Position numbers and translations under genes: made by a program. Under the pieces are notes generated by a model. That model was not told where the DNA came from, ran no database searches, and was given only the letters and a program-made list of their open reading frames with translations. From positions 124,001 through 188,000 of the forward strand of contig PS015010.1 of NCBI GenBank assembly GCA_048213135.1: a DNA stretch of 64,000 nucleotides. The letters are read 5' to 3'. The DNA is from Reclinomonas americana ATCC 50394. Its lineage: Eukaryota. Numbering within the stretch: the stretch's first letter is position 1; the number at the start of each line of letters is the position of its first letter. Below, piece by piece: positions 42,901 to 51,843 of the stretch.

Positions 42901-43650
42901 TTTGCCAATACCACCGAGGCTGATGATGACCACGTGAACCTGGCGCCCAATACATCTGCCAGCGGCAATGTAAAAACAAACGATGTGGATCCCGAAGGCA
43001 ATACGCAAACTATAATAGCGCAGAATACCACCATACCGGGTAAGGGTACATTTGTACTCAACACCGATGGCTCTTATACTTTCACACCGGTTACCAATTT
43101 CACAGGTCCTGTATCGTTTGTATACACCACCTGCGATAATGGTACGCCACAGGTATGCGCCAACGCTACGGTTTACTTCGCCGTTACACCCGTTACGAAT
43201 CCTGACCTTACACCAACAAGCAGGATTGCCAACGGTACGTTCATCAGGAGTGCCGCAACAACCAGGAATTTCGTGATAGAGGTGAATGAAATATGGGGCA
43301 ATACCATTGATAATAATGCAGTACCGGTTACGGTTGAACTGTCCAAGTCTGCCGACTTTAATTATGTCTTTAACCCGGCAGCTACCACTACAACGGTTCC
43401 GGCAAGCATTACAATCAATAACCCCGACTGGGATCTTATCGTGAATGATGCCACGCATATGGTGTTCAGGTTGAAAACCGGCGCCAATATTTCGCCGTAC
43501 AACACGTCACGCATAGGGTTAAGCATGCAGGTATCAGCGGGTGCTGCTATCGGCACACAAAATGCTGTGATTACGCTGGACAACGGTTCAGGTACAGAAC
43601 TGGTTTACAACAACAACCAGGTAGTCAGGATCCTGAACATTGTGCAGTAA
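39910..43650 (+). CDS. Large secreted FG-GAP (integrin-alpha-like propeller) protein with Ig-like domains
   Basis: N-terminal domain ending YPVTIDP; repeated FGFSV...GD.N.DG..D...GAPG blades; tandem Ig-like domains (DGSYTFTP, F.G.D...YTVCD); no T9SS CTD. Confidence 0.85.
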   Translation: MKRRLLMSLVVLYPFLSSKPQNPLPPTTPAALKTDIIKKTSASLPSSATGDWMSAAQEQIADLEYHFKPFDGVYGAANRKQRLGFAVSATVMTSRPIRFGTQQDQSWQSSITLKTIGRGGSNGFSATPQVSAGNKRLAYDFGDVVVEYLNSEAGLRQNFIVKQRPEGDQSLRVKLCIEGDLVPAMKNNTLQLLAGTKTILEYDGLKVWDANGKILDAHMELSGDRDLLLIVNDEQATYPVTIDPLTHASEWATTAVGLLPGLLTNLQLQVDALYAYSIAGVGDVNGDGYDDVAIGAPGTIDVIAGPTTVAGAGAVFVYFGSATGLSTTPQRTLRASTAITNALFGFSIAGGNVTGDSKKDIVVGAPGESYSTAVSGIPSTATVTAGKVYVFNGSDLAAGTTTPLASLFLNGSAFFSNGVIGVLLANVGVNALFGFSVAVTEDMASDGLGEIIVGSPGYQGVQLLDVRSGAAFVYYSSNIGSNTPVKLTAPTLLGFPGLVNIDGLLFGFSVDGAGDYNKDTRPDVVVGAPGGLNLGLSGFLGGSAYVYTGNGAGVNTAITTQLTASGPLLGSVANLFGYCVRGVKNVSGSRTGNILVGAPVGSVLSDVLGGLQLKTGNLNVFPAKVSPAANEVPAQSFTSPRASSLLAILNLQTLNVSAMFGASIDNAFDANCDGIADIIVGEPLSTGVGLIGANAVGGSAFIFTGTAGGTYNTTPYWSLENTVSLDLGINAGSLVGFSVAGVGHIRGPLKSSRVLVGGPGKALDFGTGLLNLGNTLGTLFSFTAGNNGLGKAYAFGFGCDVVMNPDINVTHINVPVNGNVNTNDAFPGGMSYSYSTPVANPGNPAGATINMNSDGTYTFTATTAGVYLYEVPVCITGIGCTNIQLKITVLDPGSKQKPPVANTDIAVTNSNTAVVINSLYNDASGNTGGSLNPGSVTVTTAPAHGTTSVNSLTGAITYTPANGFEGMDTLTYTVCDNTQPVAFCSNAQQIITVRPPAFANTTEADDDHVNLAPNTSASGNVKTNDVDPEGNTQTIIAQNTTIPGKGTFVLNTDGSYTFTPVTNFTGPVSFVYTTCDNGTPQVCANATVYFAVTPVTNPDLTPTSRIANGTFIRSAATTRNFVIEVNEIWGNTIDNNAVPVTVELSKSADFNYVFNPAATTTTVPASITINNPDWDLIVNDATHMVFRLKTGANISPYNTSRIGLSMQVSAGAAIGTQNAVITLDNGSGTELVYNNNQVVRILNIVQ

Positions 43651-43676
43651 TATTTCACCATTTAAAATCTAAGAAG

Positions 43677-44753
43677 ATGAAAAGCTCTATCAAAAATTTT
43701 ATTCAGTGGTGTTACAGCCACGCACACAAAGCATTCGCTATTACCATTTTAATTTGCTCGGTGCAGGCAAATGCACAGATACTTCCCAATGCCGTTAACG
43801 CTGATCCTGCCGTAGTTTCCATTGCGCAGATACCCAGCAGCCCCAATATCATTGGCAACGCTTTATTGCAATTCAGGTTTGCCAACCAGTCGCTTTCCAG
43901 CAACTCCACCGGCCAGATACCGGTAGCCAGCATACGTCTCACCATTTCGTTCCCGGGGAAATTTGCATTCACTTCGGTGAATTCCATCCCCAAGTTCATT
44001 GTGGAGGATTACGACGATCAGCCTTTTGGTGTGGTGCACCTGGTCAACAACCAGCTTATTTTGGAAGGTGAGCAGATTGACCTGCTGCTCAATGTAAGGG
44101 GCACGGAAACAGGGGCCGGTACGGTGACTTTCAATGCCGACCGCATCACTCCCATTATTGTGGCCAATACATCAACCGCCAATGATAATACCCAGGCCAT
44201 CTTCACCACTACCGGTGTATTGCCGCTTAAGCTGACCAGCTTCTCCGCTATGGGCGTTGGTTGTTCAGCCAGGATATCCTGGACCACAACGGAAGAAGTG
44301 AATGTAGCCCGTTATGATGTGTTACGCAGTACCGATGGCGGCAATACCTTCATCACCGTTGGTACCGTGCCGGCAACAATAGGATCGGGGGATAAGAGTT
44401 ACAGCTATACCGACCAGATGCAGGGCACGGCTGCTCACCTGTACCGCCTGAAAATGGTAGATAAGAACGGAAGCATAAGCTACAGTTCCATAGCCCGTAT
44501 CAACTCGGGTTGCCAGGCAGACAATGGTTATGTAAAAGTATATCCATCACCTGCCAGGTCACTGATCACACTCAATGTATCCAATGAAGGACTGATGGGT
44601 ACAAGAGCGAGTATGATCGACATGAGCGGACGTACGGTAAAAATGTTCATGATCAGCGGAACCGCTACACCCATTCCTGTGGGCGACCTGCTGGCGGGCA
44701 TGTATATGATCCGGTTGTCTGACAACACAACAGTAAAATTCATTAAAGAGTAA
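43677..44753 (+). CDS. T9SS type A sorting-domain protein
   Basis: Signal peptide; LPLKLTSF...YRLKMVD.NG...YS module; CTD VYPSPA...GMYMIRL...KFIKE. Confidence 0.85.
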   Translation: MKSSIKNFIQWCYSHAHKAFAITILICSVQANAQILPNAVNADPAVVSIAQIPSSPNIIGNALLQFRFANQSLSSNSTGQIPVASIRLTISFPGKFAFTSVNSIPKFIVEDYDDQPFGVVHLVNNQLILEGEQIDLLLNVRGTETGAGTVTFNADRITPIIVANTSTANDNTQAIFTTTGVLPLKLTSFSAMGVGCSARISWTTTEEVNVARYDVLRSTDGGNTFITVGTVPATIGSGDKSYSYTDQMQGTAAHLYRLKMVDKNGSISYSSIARINSGCQADNGYVKVYPSPARSLITLNVSNEGLMGTRASMIDMSGRTVKMFMISGTATPIPVGDLLAGMYMIRLSDNTTVKFIKE

Positions 44754-44915
44754 GAACGACTTAGGAGCAAGGATTGGATCCTATGTTTATCGTCAATCAA
44801 CTACTGGCCTGGGTTGTCTAGCCCGGGCCACTTTATTGATGGAAATGAAGGAGTGAAGGAAGGAAAGAAGGAAGGAATGAAAGAATGTTGTGCAGGCCAT
44901 CCTTAATTTTGCAGT

Positions 44916-45356
44916 ATGTATTCTCAAAAAGAGGCGTCAGCATTACGGGAGGAATTCTGGACAGTATTCGGAAAATATATGTCGCCGGTATTGCCCGCCG
45001 GCGGAGAAGCCATTAACTGGGTGAATTATAAAACCGGGCAAAAGTACATCCGCTTTACGATGGACGCCGGTACCCGGGACGCGTTTATCTCCATCGTTTT
45101 TCAGCACACCGATGAAACGGAAAGGAAAGAAGCGTTTGGTAAGATGAAGCTGCTGAAAGATGAACTGGAAGGGGAGTGGCAGTGGGAAGACCGGTATACC
45201 GATGAACATGGCCATGTGATGAGCCGGGTGTTCGCGACCATTCACCAGGTGTCGGTATTGAACAAAGCCGACTGGCCCGCGCTGATCTCATTTTTCAAAC
45301 CCAGGCTGGTGGCACTGGATCGTTTCTGGAACGATAATCAATTCATCTTTGAATAA
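44916..45356 (+). CDS. DUF4268 domain protein
   Basis: MYS.KEA..LR.EFWT.FG, NWVNYKTG, DWP..ISFFKPR...LD.FW. Confidence 0.75.
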   Translation: MYSQKEASALREEFWTVFGKYMSPVLPAGGEAINWVNYKTGQKYIRFTMDAGTRDAFISIVFQHTDETERKEAFGKMKLLKDELEGEWQWEDRYTDEHGHVMSRVFATIHQVSVLNKADWPALISFFKPRLVALDRFWNDNQFIFE

Positions 45357-45450
45357 AGAATCCGGCCTCTTATTTCCAACTTAACATATTTATACCCGTG
45401 GTTCGTCTGCAAAAGCAGAACGATATTGTTCTGTTTTTAAATCAACAAAC

Positions 45451-45849
45451 ATGTACTACAATCAGTCATGCGCCGCAAAAGGCGAACAACACGGGTACAG
45501 GCACCGGCACCTGTATAACCGTACGATGCAACGAGCCGCCGTTAATGTGTACAGAACGGAGAACAGCTTTGAGATGCTGGTATTCGCACCCGGTCGTATT
45601 AAGGAACATTTTAAGCTGGATGTAAAAGGCAACCGGCTCACGGTTTCCTATCTTCCGCCGGAAGGTTTTCCCCGCCCCGAATGGATAGTGAGAGAGTACA
45701 GCCGTGGCGGTTTCGAAAGGAGTTTCCTGCTGGATGAAGCGGTAGACACGGCAGCCATCAGCGCGAAGTACGTAGATGGTGTACTGCAGGTGAGCCTTCC
45801 GTTGCTGCCTGAAAGTGAGGCCGGCAAAAGGAGCATTGAAGTGAATTGA
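45451..45849 (+). CDS. Hsp20/alpha-crystallin small heat-shock protein
   Basis: AVNVY, REY..G.FERSF.L, ISAKY.DGVL.VSLP. Confidence 0.88.
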   Translation: MYYNQSCAAKGEQHGYRHRHLYNRTMQRAAVNVYRTENSFEMLVFAPGRIKEHFKLDVKGNRLTVSYLPPEGFPRPEWIVREYSRGGFERSFLLDEAVDTAAISAKYVDGVLQVSLPLLPESEAGKRSIEVN

Positions 45850-45864
45850 GTTTTTTAATGAGCA

Positions 45865-45895
45865 GGGCGGCAGCAGCAATGTTGCCGCCTTTTTT
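45865..45895 (+). terminator. Intrinsic terminator
   Basis: GGCGGCAGCA-gcaa-TGTTGCCGCC plus T tract. Confidence 0.85.
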
Positions 45896-45975
45896 ATGTT
45901 GTAAGGCCTTGTTATCAGCACTTCTGCCGGGCCGCAAAACTTTCCACCAGTCATTGCCTGATAATAAAAAATCCT

Positions 45976-46224
45976 TACCTTTGCGGCGCTAAAAGCTTCA
46001 GCAATGATAGGTAGGCGTTGAACTATTTAGCATTATATGAGAGCGTAATATATCATATCAAACCCCGAACCAGTTAAAAATCAACAGGTTCTGCTACGGG
46101 GACGCTATGCTCAGCAGCGATTTAACAGTACAAGTGAGTGACACAACGATGTCGAAAGCAGTACCACTGCCGGGCAAAAAATAATATTCATAATTTTTAA
46201 TTCATAATTCATAATTAAAATACA
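45976..46224 (+). promoter_or_regulatory. fusA promoter and long structured 5' leader
   Basis: TACCTTTG at 45976-45983; multi-segment hairpin 46029-46111; short uORFs. Confidence 0.55.
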
Positions 46225-48378
46225 ATGGCAGATTTACGTTATCAACGAAATTTTGGTATTGCCGCTCACATCGATGCCGGTAAAACCACTACCACCGAGC
46301 GTATTCTTTATTACACCGGTGTAAACCACAAAATTGGTGAAGTGCACGATGGTGGCGCTACGATGGACTGGATGGCACAGGAGCAGGAAAGGGGTATTAC
46401 CATTACTTCTGCTGCTACTACCTGTTTCTGGAACTTCCCTACTACACAGGGTAAGAAAACACAGGACACCAAGCAATACAAGTTCAACATCATCGATACC
46501 CCCGGTCACGTGGACTTTACCGTAGAGGTGGAACGTTCACTCCGTGTACTGGACGGCCTGCTGGCCCTGTTCTGTGCCGTATCAGGTGTAGAACCACAGT
46601 CTGAAACCGTTTGGCGCCAGGCTAACCGTTACCGTGTACCGCGTATCGGTTTTGTAAACAAAATGGACCGCAGTGGTGCCGACTTCCTGAACGTGGTAAA
46701 ACAGGTTCGTGAAATGCTGGGTGCTAAAGCCGTTCCGCTGCAGCTGCCGATCGGTGCTGAAGATAATTTCAAAGGCGTGGTTGACCTGATCACCATGAAA
46801 GGCATTGTTTGGAATGAGGCCGACAAGGGTATGACTTACGAAGAAGTGCCTATTCCTGAGGATATGAAAGAAGAAGTGGAACAATACCGCCAGGAACTGG
46901 TGGAGGCCGTGGCTGAATACGATGAGAAGCTGCTGGAAAAATTCTTTGATGATCCGAACACGATCACCGAAGCGGAAATGCACGAAGCGATCCGTAAAGC
47001 AACCATAGATATCTCCATCATCCCGATGATGTGTGGTTCCTCTTTCAAAAATAAAGGTGTACAAACTGCGCTTGACGCGGTAGTACGTTACCTGCCTGGT
47101 CCGCTGGACATCGACGCTGTTAAGGGTACCAACCCCGACAATGGTGAAGAACTGATCCGTAAGGCCGATGCTAAAGAACCATTCAGCGCGCTGGCGTTCA
47201 AGATCATGACCGATCCTTTCGTGGGTCGTCTGGCGTTCTTCAGGGCCTACAGCGGCCGCCTGGAAGCGGGTTCTTATGTACTCAACACCCGTACCGGCAA
47301 GAACGAACGTATCAGCCGTATCATGCAGATGCACGCCAACAAGCAAAACCCGATCGACTTCATCGAAGCCGGTGATATCGGTGCGGCTGTTGGTTTCAAG
47401 GACATCAAAACCGGTGATACCCTTTGTCATGAAGATCACCCGATCGTGCTGGAAGCAATGACCTTCCCCGAGCCGGTGATCGCCATCGCGATCGAGCCTA
47501 AAACACAGGCCGACGTTGATAAAATGGGTATGGCTATCGCCAAACTGGTAGAAGAAGATCCTACACTGCGTGTGAATACCGATGAAGAAACCGGTCAGAC
47601 CATCCTTCGTGGTATGGGTGAATTGCACCTGGAGATCATCATCGATCGTATGCGTCGTGAATTTAAAGTAGAAGTTAACCAGGGTGCTCCCCAGGTGGCT
47701 TATAAAGAGGCCTTCAATCAAACCGTTGAACACCGTGAAACACTGAAGAAACAAACCGGTGGTCGTGGTAAGTTCGCCGATATCATTTTCGAGATCGGAC
47801 CTGCTGATGAAGAGTTCCTGAAAGAACAGGATGGTAAAACCAACTTCCAGTTCGTTAACTCCCTGTTTGGTGGTTCAATTCCTAAAGAATTTGTACCTGC
47901 CATCCAGAAAGGTTTCGAATCGGCCATGACTACAGGCGTTCTCGCCGGTTACCCGATGGAAAGCATGAAAGTGAACGTAAAAGACGGTAGCTTCCACCAG
48001 GTGGATTCTGACGCCATGTCGTTTGAACTTTGTGCCAAACAAGGTTACCGCGAAGCTGGCCGCAAAGCCAAGCCGGTACTGCTGGAGCCTATCATGAAAG
48101 TGGAAGTGCTTACGCCAGACCAGTACATGGGTGACGTTACAGGTGACCTTAACCGTCGCCGCGGTATGCTGGAAGGTATGGACAGCAAGCATGGTGTACA
48201 GGTGATCAAAGCCAAAGTTCCGCTGAGCGAAATGTTTGGTTATGTAACCCAGCTGCGTTCACTGTCTTCAGGCCGTGCAACTTCTACCATGGAGTTCAGC
48301 CACTATTCTCCTGCGCCAAACAACATCGCTGAAGAAGTGATGGCGAAAGCAAAAGGAAAGATGAAAGTGGAAGACTAA
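46225..48378 (+). CDS. fusA: Elongation factor G
   Basis: [40 protein letters not shown]; canonical EF-G motifs. Confidence 0.99.
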   Translation: MADLRYQRNFGIAAHIDAGKTTTTERILYYTGVNHKIGEVHDGGATMDWMAQEQERGITITSAATTCFWNFPTTQGKKTQDTKQYKFNIIDTPGHVDFTVEVERSLRVLDGLLALFCAVSGVEPQSETVWRQANRYRVPRIGFVNKMDRSGADFLNVVKQVREMLGAKAVPLQLPIGAEDNFKGVVDLITMKGIVWNEADKGMTYEEVPIPEDMKEEVEQYRQELVEAVAEYDEKLLEKFFDDPNTITEAEMHEAIRKATIDISIIPMMCGSSFKNKGVQTALDAVVRYLPGPLDIDAVKGTNPDNGEELIRKADAKEPFSALAFKIMTDPFVGRLAFFRAYSGRLEAGSYVLNTRTGKNERISRIMQMHANKQNPIDFIEAGDIGAAVGFKDIKTGDTLCHEDHPIVLEAMTFPEPVIAIAIEPKTQADVDKMGMAIAKLVEEDPTLRVNTDEETGQTILRGMGELHLEIIIDRMRREFKVEVNQGAPQVAYKEAFNQTVEHRETLKKQTGGRGKFADIIFEIGPADEEFLKEQDGKTNFQFVNSLFGGSIPKEFVPAIQKGFESAMTTGVLAGYPMESMKVNVKDGSFHQVDSDAMSFELCAKQGYREAGRKAKPVLLEPIMKVEVLTPDQYMGDVTGDLNRRRGMLEGMDSKHGVQVIKAKVPLSEMFGYVTQLRSLSSGRATSTMEFSHYSPAPNNIAEEVMAKAKGKMKVED

Positions 48379-48403
48379 TATCAGCAATCATTACTGATGA
48401 TAA

Positions 48404-48437
48404 AGAACCCCGTTCCTGAGAACGGGGTTCTGTTTTT
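48404..48437 (+). terminator. Terminator after fusA
   Basis: AGAACCCCGTTC-ctga-GAACGGGGTTCT plus T tract. Confidence 0.9.
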
Positions 48438-48595
48438 CGTAGCTATACTGAATGAAGTTGTCGCGTATTGAGGCGGCAAAATAGAAACTAAAGTGATAAG
48501 AGGATGTTAATTATGATTTGAGAATGTGATAATTCGATGATTAGCCAATTGCTTTTGCTTAGAGTTTTATCCGGGAATGTAAGAAGGTGAAAAAT

Positions 48596-48625
48596 AAAAA
48601 GGGCTCCGCAACGGAGCCCTTTATT
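48596..48625 (-). terminator. Terminator of the minus-strand T9SS gene
   Basis: AAAAAGGGCTCCG-caa-CGGAGCCCTTT. Confidence 0.85.
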
Positions 48626-48641
48626 CATAGGGAATTTCTTC

Positions 48642-51212
48642 TTATGGAATCACAACGCGGGTTGTGCTGATGGTTTGATCATCGAATAAAACTTTGATGA
48701 AGTAAACACCTTTGCTCCACTCTTTTGTTCCAATCTCCTGTACAGCGCCGGTGAACTGGTAACTGCTGTAAACGGCTCCTTCATTGTTATATACGGTTAC
48801 CTGTTTGTTACCGGATTTTGAAGTGCTTAATGAGAAGGTATTGTTGATAACAGGATTGGGGAAGGCCTTCACCATCCAACTGTTGTTGTACTGTACCAGG
48901 CGGATGACCGTATATAATGAACTGTTGCTTTTTGTAATGGCTTTGATGCGGTAGAATACATCTTTACCGGCAGTGCTAAGATCGGTATAAGTATAAACGT
49001 CCTGTGCCGCTGATGCCTGCACGCTGGCGATGCTGATAAAATGGGTACCGTTGTATGACCTTTCCACAACGAACTCCTGCACCTCGGCAGGCAAAGCCAC
49101 TTTCCAGCTGAGCAGTGCGCCGTTGCCGGACCGGGTTGCATTGAAAGCGGTGAAGCTAACCGGCAGGATGGACGTGATGGGTGATACAAAAACTTCGGAA
49201 GCGAATTTCTTGTACGTGCTTTGGGCCAGGTCTTTGGCTTCCACGCCGTCGCCATAAAGATTATTGCTGCCGTTGTCGGTAATGATCTGCAGTTTATTGA
49301 GGGAGAGTGTACCTGCTTCGTTCACTTCCATGGCCGCTTCGGCGTTGAAGGAAGTAATGCCGAAGGAAGGCAGTTCCACCGGTGCGTCAGACGCATTGCC
49401 TGTCCAGCGGTATACAGCACCATTGAGTGGTGCATCGTCGTAGTTACCCGCGATGATGATGTACAGCCCGTTACTGAGGTGTACCAGGTCGCGGATACCA
49501 CGGCCGCCCAGGTTCAGTTCAATAGGATTGCCAATAGCGGGATTGCCTGCGGGCGAACCATTGTTGAACCAGGATTCAAAATTTTGTATAGGGGCGATCA
49601 CTGCTTTGGTGCGGGAAGCGGTTGGTACCAGCGGTGCACGGAAACCGATGTACAGGGTGGTGTTATCCGGACCGAATACCATGCCTTCCGCGTTGAAGCC
49701 GTTGATGAGTTTGGGATCCATACCATCTGCCGCACTGGCGGTGAAGTTGTAGCCCCAGCCATCGCCCCAGGTAATAAGGCGTTGCCTTAAGTTGCTGTAA
49801 TAACCCACATTGGCAAAGCTGGTAGCAGCGCCGGTGCCTGTTGCGGTTACGGCGAACAGCCTGTTGCGGTTGGGTTTGTTATTGAAACTGCTGCTGTTAC
49901 TCATGGATCCGAGCCAATAAGTACGCCCGGTATTGGCGATGCTTTTTACGCCTGCTTCCACATCCACTTCTTTCCAGTTGCCGGTGCTGCCGTCGGTAAG
50001 CACGAGGTTATTGCCCTGGTTGAAATCCCAGCTGGTAACGGGGAGGCCAGACTGGTCTCTTTTGTAAACGTATAACAGGTTAGTTTCGTCGTTGGCGATG
50101 ATGGCATAATCATCATCCAGTGCAATAGCTGCCGACGCGTCGGAAATGCCGGTCATCCAGCGGGCGTTGGCAGAAGCGGATTGAGACGCGGCATAATTGA
50201 TCACCAGGTTGCGGGAGAAGCTGCCCTTGGTAAGGGTAAGTGTAATATCAGCGTATCCTACCGCAGCAGGTGTAACCTTAATGGTGGCTAGTCCGTTGGC
50301 TTTGGTAACGGCAACATTGGCATTGGGCACAACAGTTGTATTGCTGCTGGACGCGGTAAGGGTATAATCGGTTGAGGCAATGCCTGTTCCATTGTCTTTT
50401 ACTTCGGTGATGATACCGTCCACTTTGGCGGGATCAAGCGCATCATTGATGGTACCGGTTATATAGGGCGGATTCAGTGCGGCTGTAGTGGTATTGCTGT
50501 AAGCAAAAGAGAGGTTGTTGGCGCCGGAAGCGCTGGTCACGGAGATCTCATCTACACCGATCTGCGGACGGGTGCCGTTGCTGCCGGATATGGATATGTA
50601 CACCCAACGCAGGAAAAGGCTGGCCTGGTTTTCACAGGCGGCGGGCAGGGTAGCAGTGGGTACCGCGGCGCTGCCGGTGGTTGCTGTTGAACTGTATTGA
50701 ACCGGGCCGGGCACATCTGTCCAGTTACCGGAAGTGGTGGTACGGTATTGAAGACGTACACCCATTACCCTGTCATCATCTGCAATGATGAGTGTTCTGC
50801 CTGTCCAGCTTACCTGGATGTTTGTTCTGCCGGTACTGTTCAGTCCCAATACAGCTGCACCCATAAAACGTGTGCTGGCGGCGGAACCACTGCTGCAGTT
50901 GTCGTACTGAGCAGAACTGGTTGCGATAAAACTGAACCCGTTGGCATTCTGCCCGTTCACCCTGTTGCGGGAACCGAGGTTGTAAGCACAGGTGAAATTA
51001 GCCGTGCCATTGGCATTGGGGTTGTAGGAACCGCCGGTAGGATCATTCGTAAAATGAAAGATCATATTAGGCGGGTAAGTGCCTGCCGCCGCGGAGGATG
51101 ACCAGCTGGTGAATGAATAGTTGCCACTGCTGAGGTCAAATACAGCAGGGTTGGTTTGTGTGAATGCTTTGATGGATAACAATAAAAGAAAGCACAGATA
51201 GAATTTTCTCAT
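48642..51212 (-). CDS. T9SS type A protein with DUF3616-like propeller domain
   Basis: DAS.A, ANDETN, DVEA, YWLGS.S, GFNAEG, LYIGFRAP, LGGRGIRD motifs; LPVSF module; CTD AFPNPV...KGVYFIKV. Confidence 0.75.
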   Translation of the reverse strand: MRKFYLCFLLLLSIKAFTQTNPAVFDLSSGNYSFTSWSSSAAAGTYPPNMIFHFTNDPTGGSYNPNANGTANFTCAYNLGSRNRVNGQNANGFSFIATSSAQYDNCSSGSAASTRFMGAAVLGLNSTGRTNIQVSWTGRTLIIADDDRVMGVRLQYRTTTSGNWTDVPGPVQYSSTATTGSAAVPTATLPAACENQASLFLRWVYISISGSNGTRPQIGVDEISVTSASGANNLSFAYSNTTTAALNPPYITGTINDALDPAKVDGIITEVKDNGTGIASTDYTLTASSSNTTVVPNANVAVTKANGLATIKVTPAAVGYADITLTLTKGSFSRNLVINYAASQSASANARWMTGISDASAAIALDDDYAIIANDETNLLYVYKRDQSGLPVTSWDFNQGNNLVLTDGSTGNWKEVDVEAGVKSIANTGRTYWLGSMSNSSSFNNKPNRNRLFAVTATGTGAATSFANVGYYSNLRQRLITWGDGWGYNFTASAADGMDPKLINGFNAEGMVFGPDNTTLYIGFRAPLVPTASRTKAVIAPIQNFESWFNNGSPAGNPAIGNPIELNLGGRGIRDLVHLSNGLYIIIAGNYDDAPLNGAVYRWTGNASDAPVELPSFGITSFNAEAAMEVNEAGTLSLNKLQIITDNGSNNLYGDGVEAKDLAQSTYKKFASEVFVSPITSILPVSFTAFNATRSGNGALLSWKVALPAEVQEFVVERSYNGTHFISIASVQASAAQDVYTYTDLSTAGKDVFYRIKAITKSNSSLYTVIRLVQYNNSWMVKAFPNPVINNTFSLSTSKSGNKQVTVYNNEGAVYSSYQFTGAVQEIGTKEWSKGVYFIKVLFDDQTISTTRVVIP

Positions 51213-51316
51213 ACAGGATTTTTGGGCAAAAGAAAACCGCAGGAGAGAATTTATTGTTACGGGAATATTACGTTATGGTTATAAGATGGAGATACAAGAT
51301 GCGGGATACCGGATGC

Positions 51317-51341
51317 CATCGCTTGGTCTCCGACCAGCGAT
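51317..51341. repeat. Short REP-like palindrome
   Basis: CATCGC-t-TGGTC-tcc-GACCA-GCGATG in a divergent spacer. Confidence 0.45.
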
Positions 51342-51412
51342 GCCTCCCGAATTTTCAGACAGGGGTTAAACTTTCGGCCTGTGACAAAGTCTTATAACGG
51401 AAAAACAATCAT

Positions 51413-51715
51413 ATGAAAAATATACTCGTTAAAATAACTTTTGTTTTCCTGTTCCTTTTTGGCGCCGCAACTATGGCAGAGGCCCAGATCATTGTTAAAG
51501 TGCGCCCTGCAGCCCCAGTGATCAGGGTTCGCCCTGTGGCACCTACACCCCGGCATGTGTGGGTTACAGGTGACTATGTATACCGTGGCGGCCAGTATGT
51601 GTACACCGACGGTTACTGGGCTGTGCCTGCCTATGCAGGAGCGGTTTGGGTAGATGGTCACTGGCGCAAAAGAAGGGGCGGCTGGGTATGGATACCCGGT
51701 CACTGGAGACGATAA
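51413..51715 (+). CDS. YXWGXW-repeat secreted protein
   Basis: Signal peptide; HVWVTGDY, YVYTDGYW, AVWVDGHW, WVWIPGHW repeats. Confidence 0.88.
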   Translation: MKNILVKITFVFLFLFGAATMAEAQIIVKVRPAAPVIRVRPVAPTPRHVWVTGDYVYRGGQYVYTDGYWAVPAYAGAVWVDGHWRKRRGGWVWIPGHWRR

Positions 51716-51738
51716 AATTGTTTACATGGCAAGCATCT

Positions 51739-51771
51739 GCAGCCCGTCATCAAATGATGCGGGCTGTTTTT
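51739..51771 (+). terminator. Intrinsic terminator
   Basis: GCAGCCCG.CATCA-aa-TGATG-CGGGCTGT plus T tract. Confidence 0.75.
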
Positions 51772-51843
51772 ATTTCCTATATTTATCGCACGGAGCGGCT
51801 TTGGCACAATGTTGGCAGTCGCAATCTTACTTAACCTGATCAT

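Noticed and set aside
38685..45849. Insert between rpsG and fusA as a prophage, ICE or transposon
   Set aside because: No integrase, transposase, att-like direct repeat or phage genes seen
46582..47754. 390-aa antisense ORF inside fusA, and similar ones inside susC and the TPR gene
   Set aside because: Expected artefact of biased sense-strand codon use; no recognisable motifs
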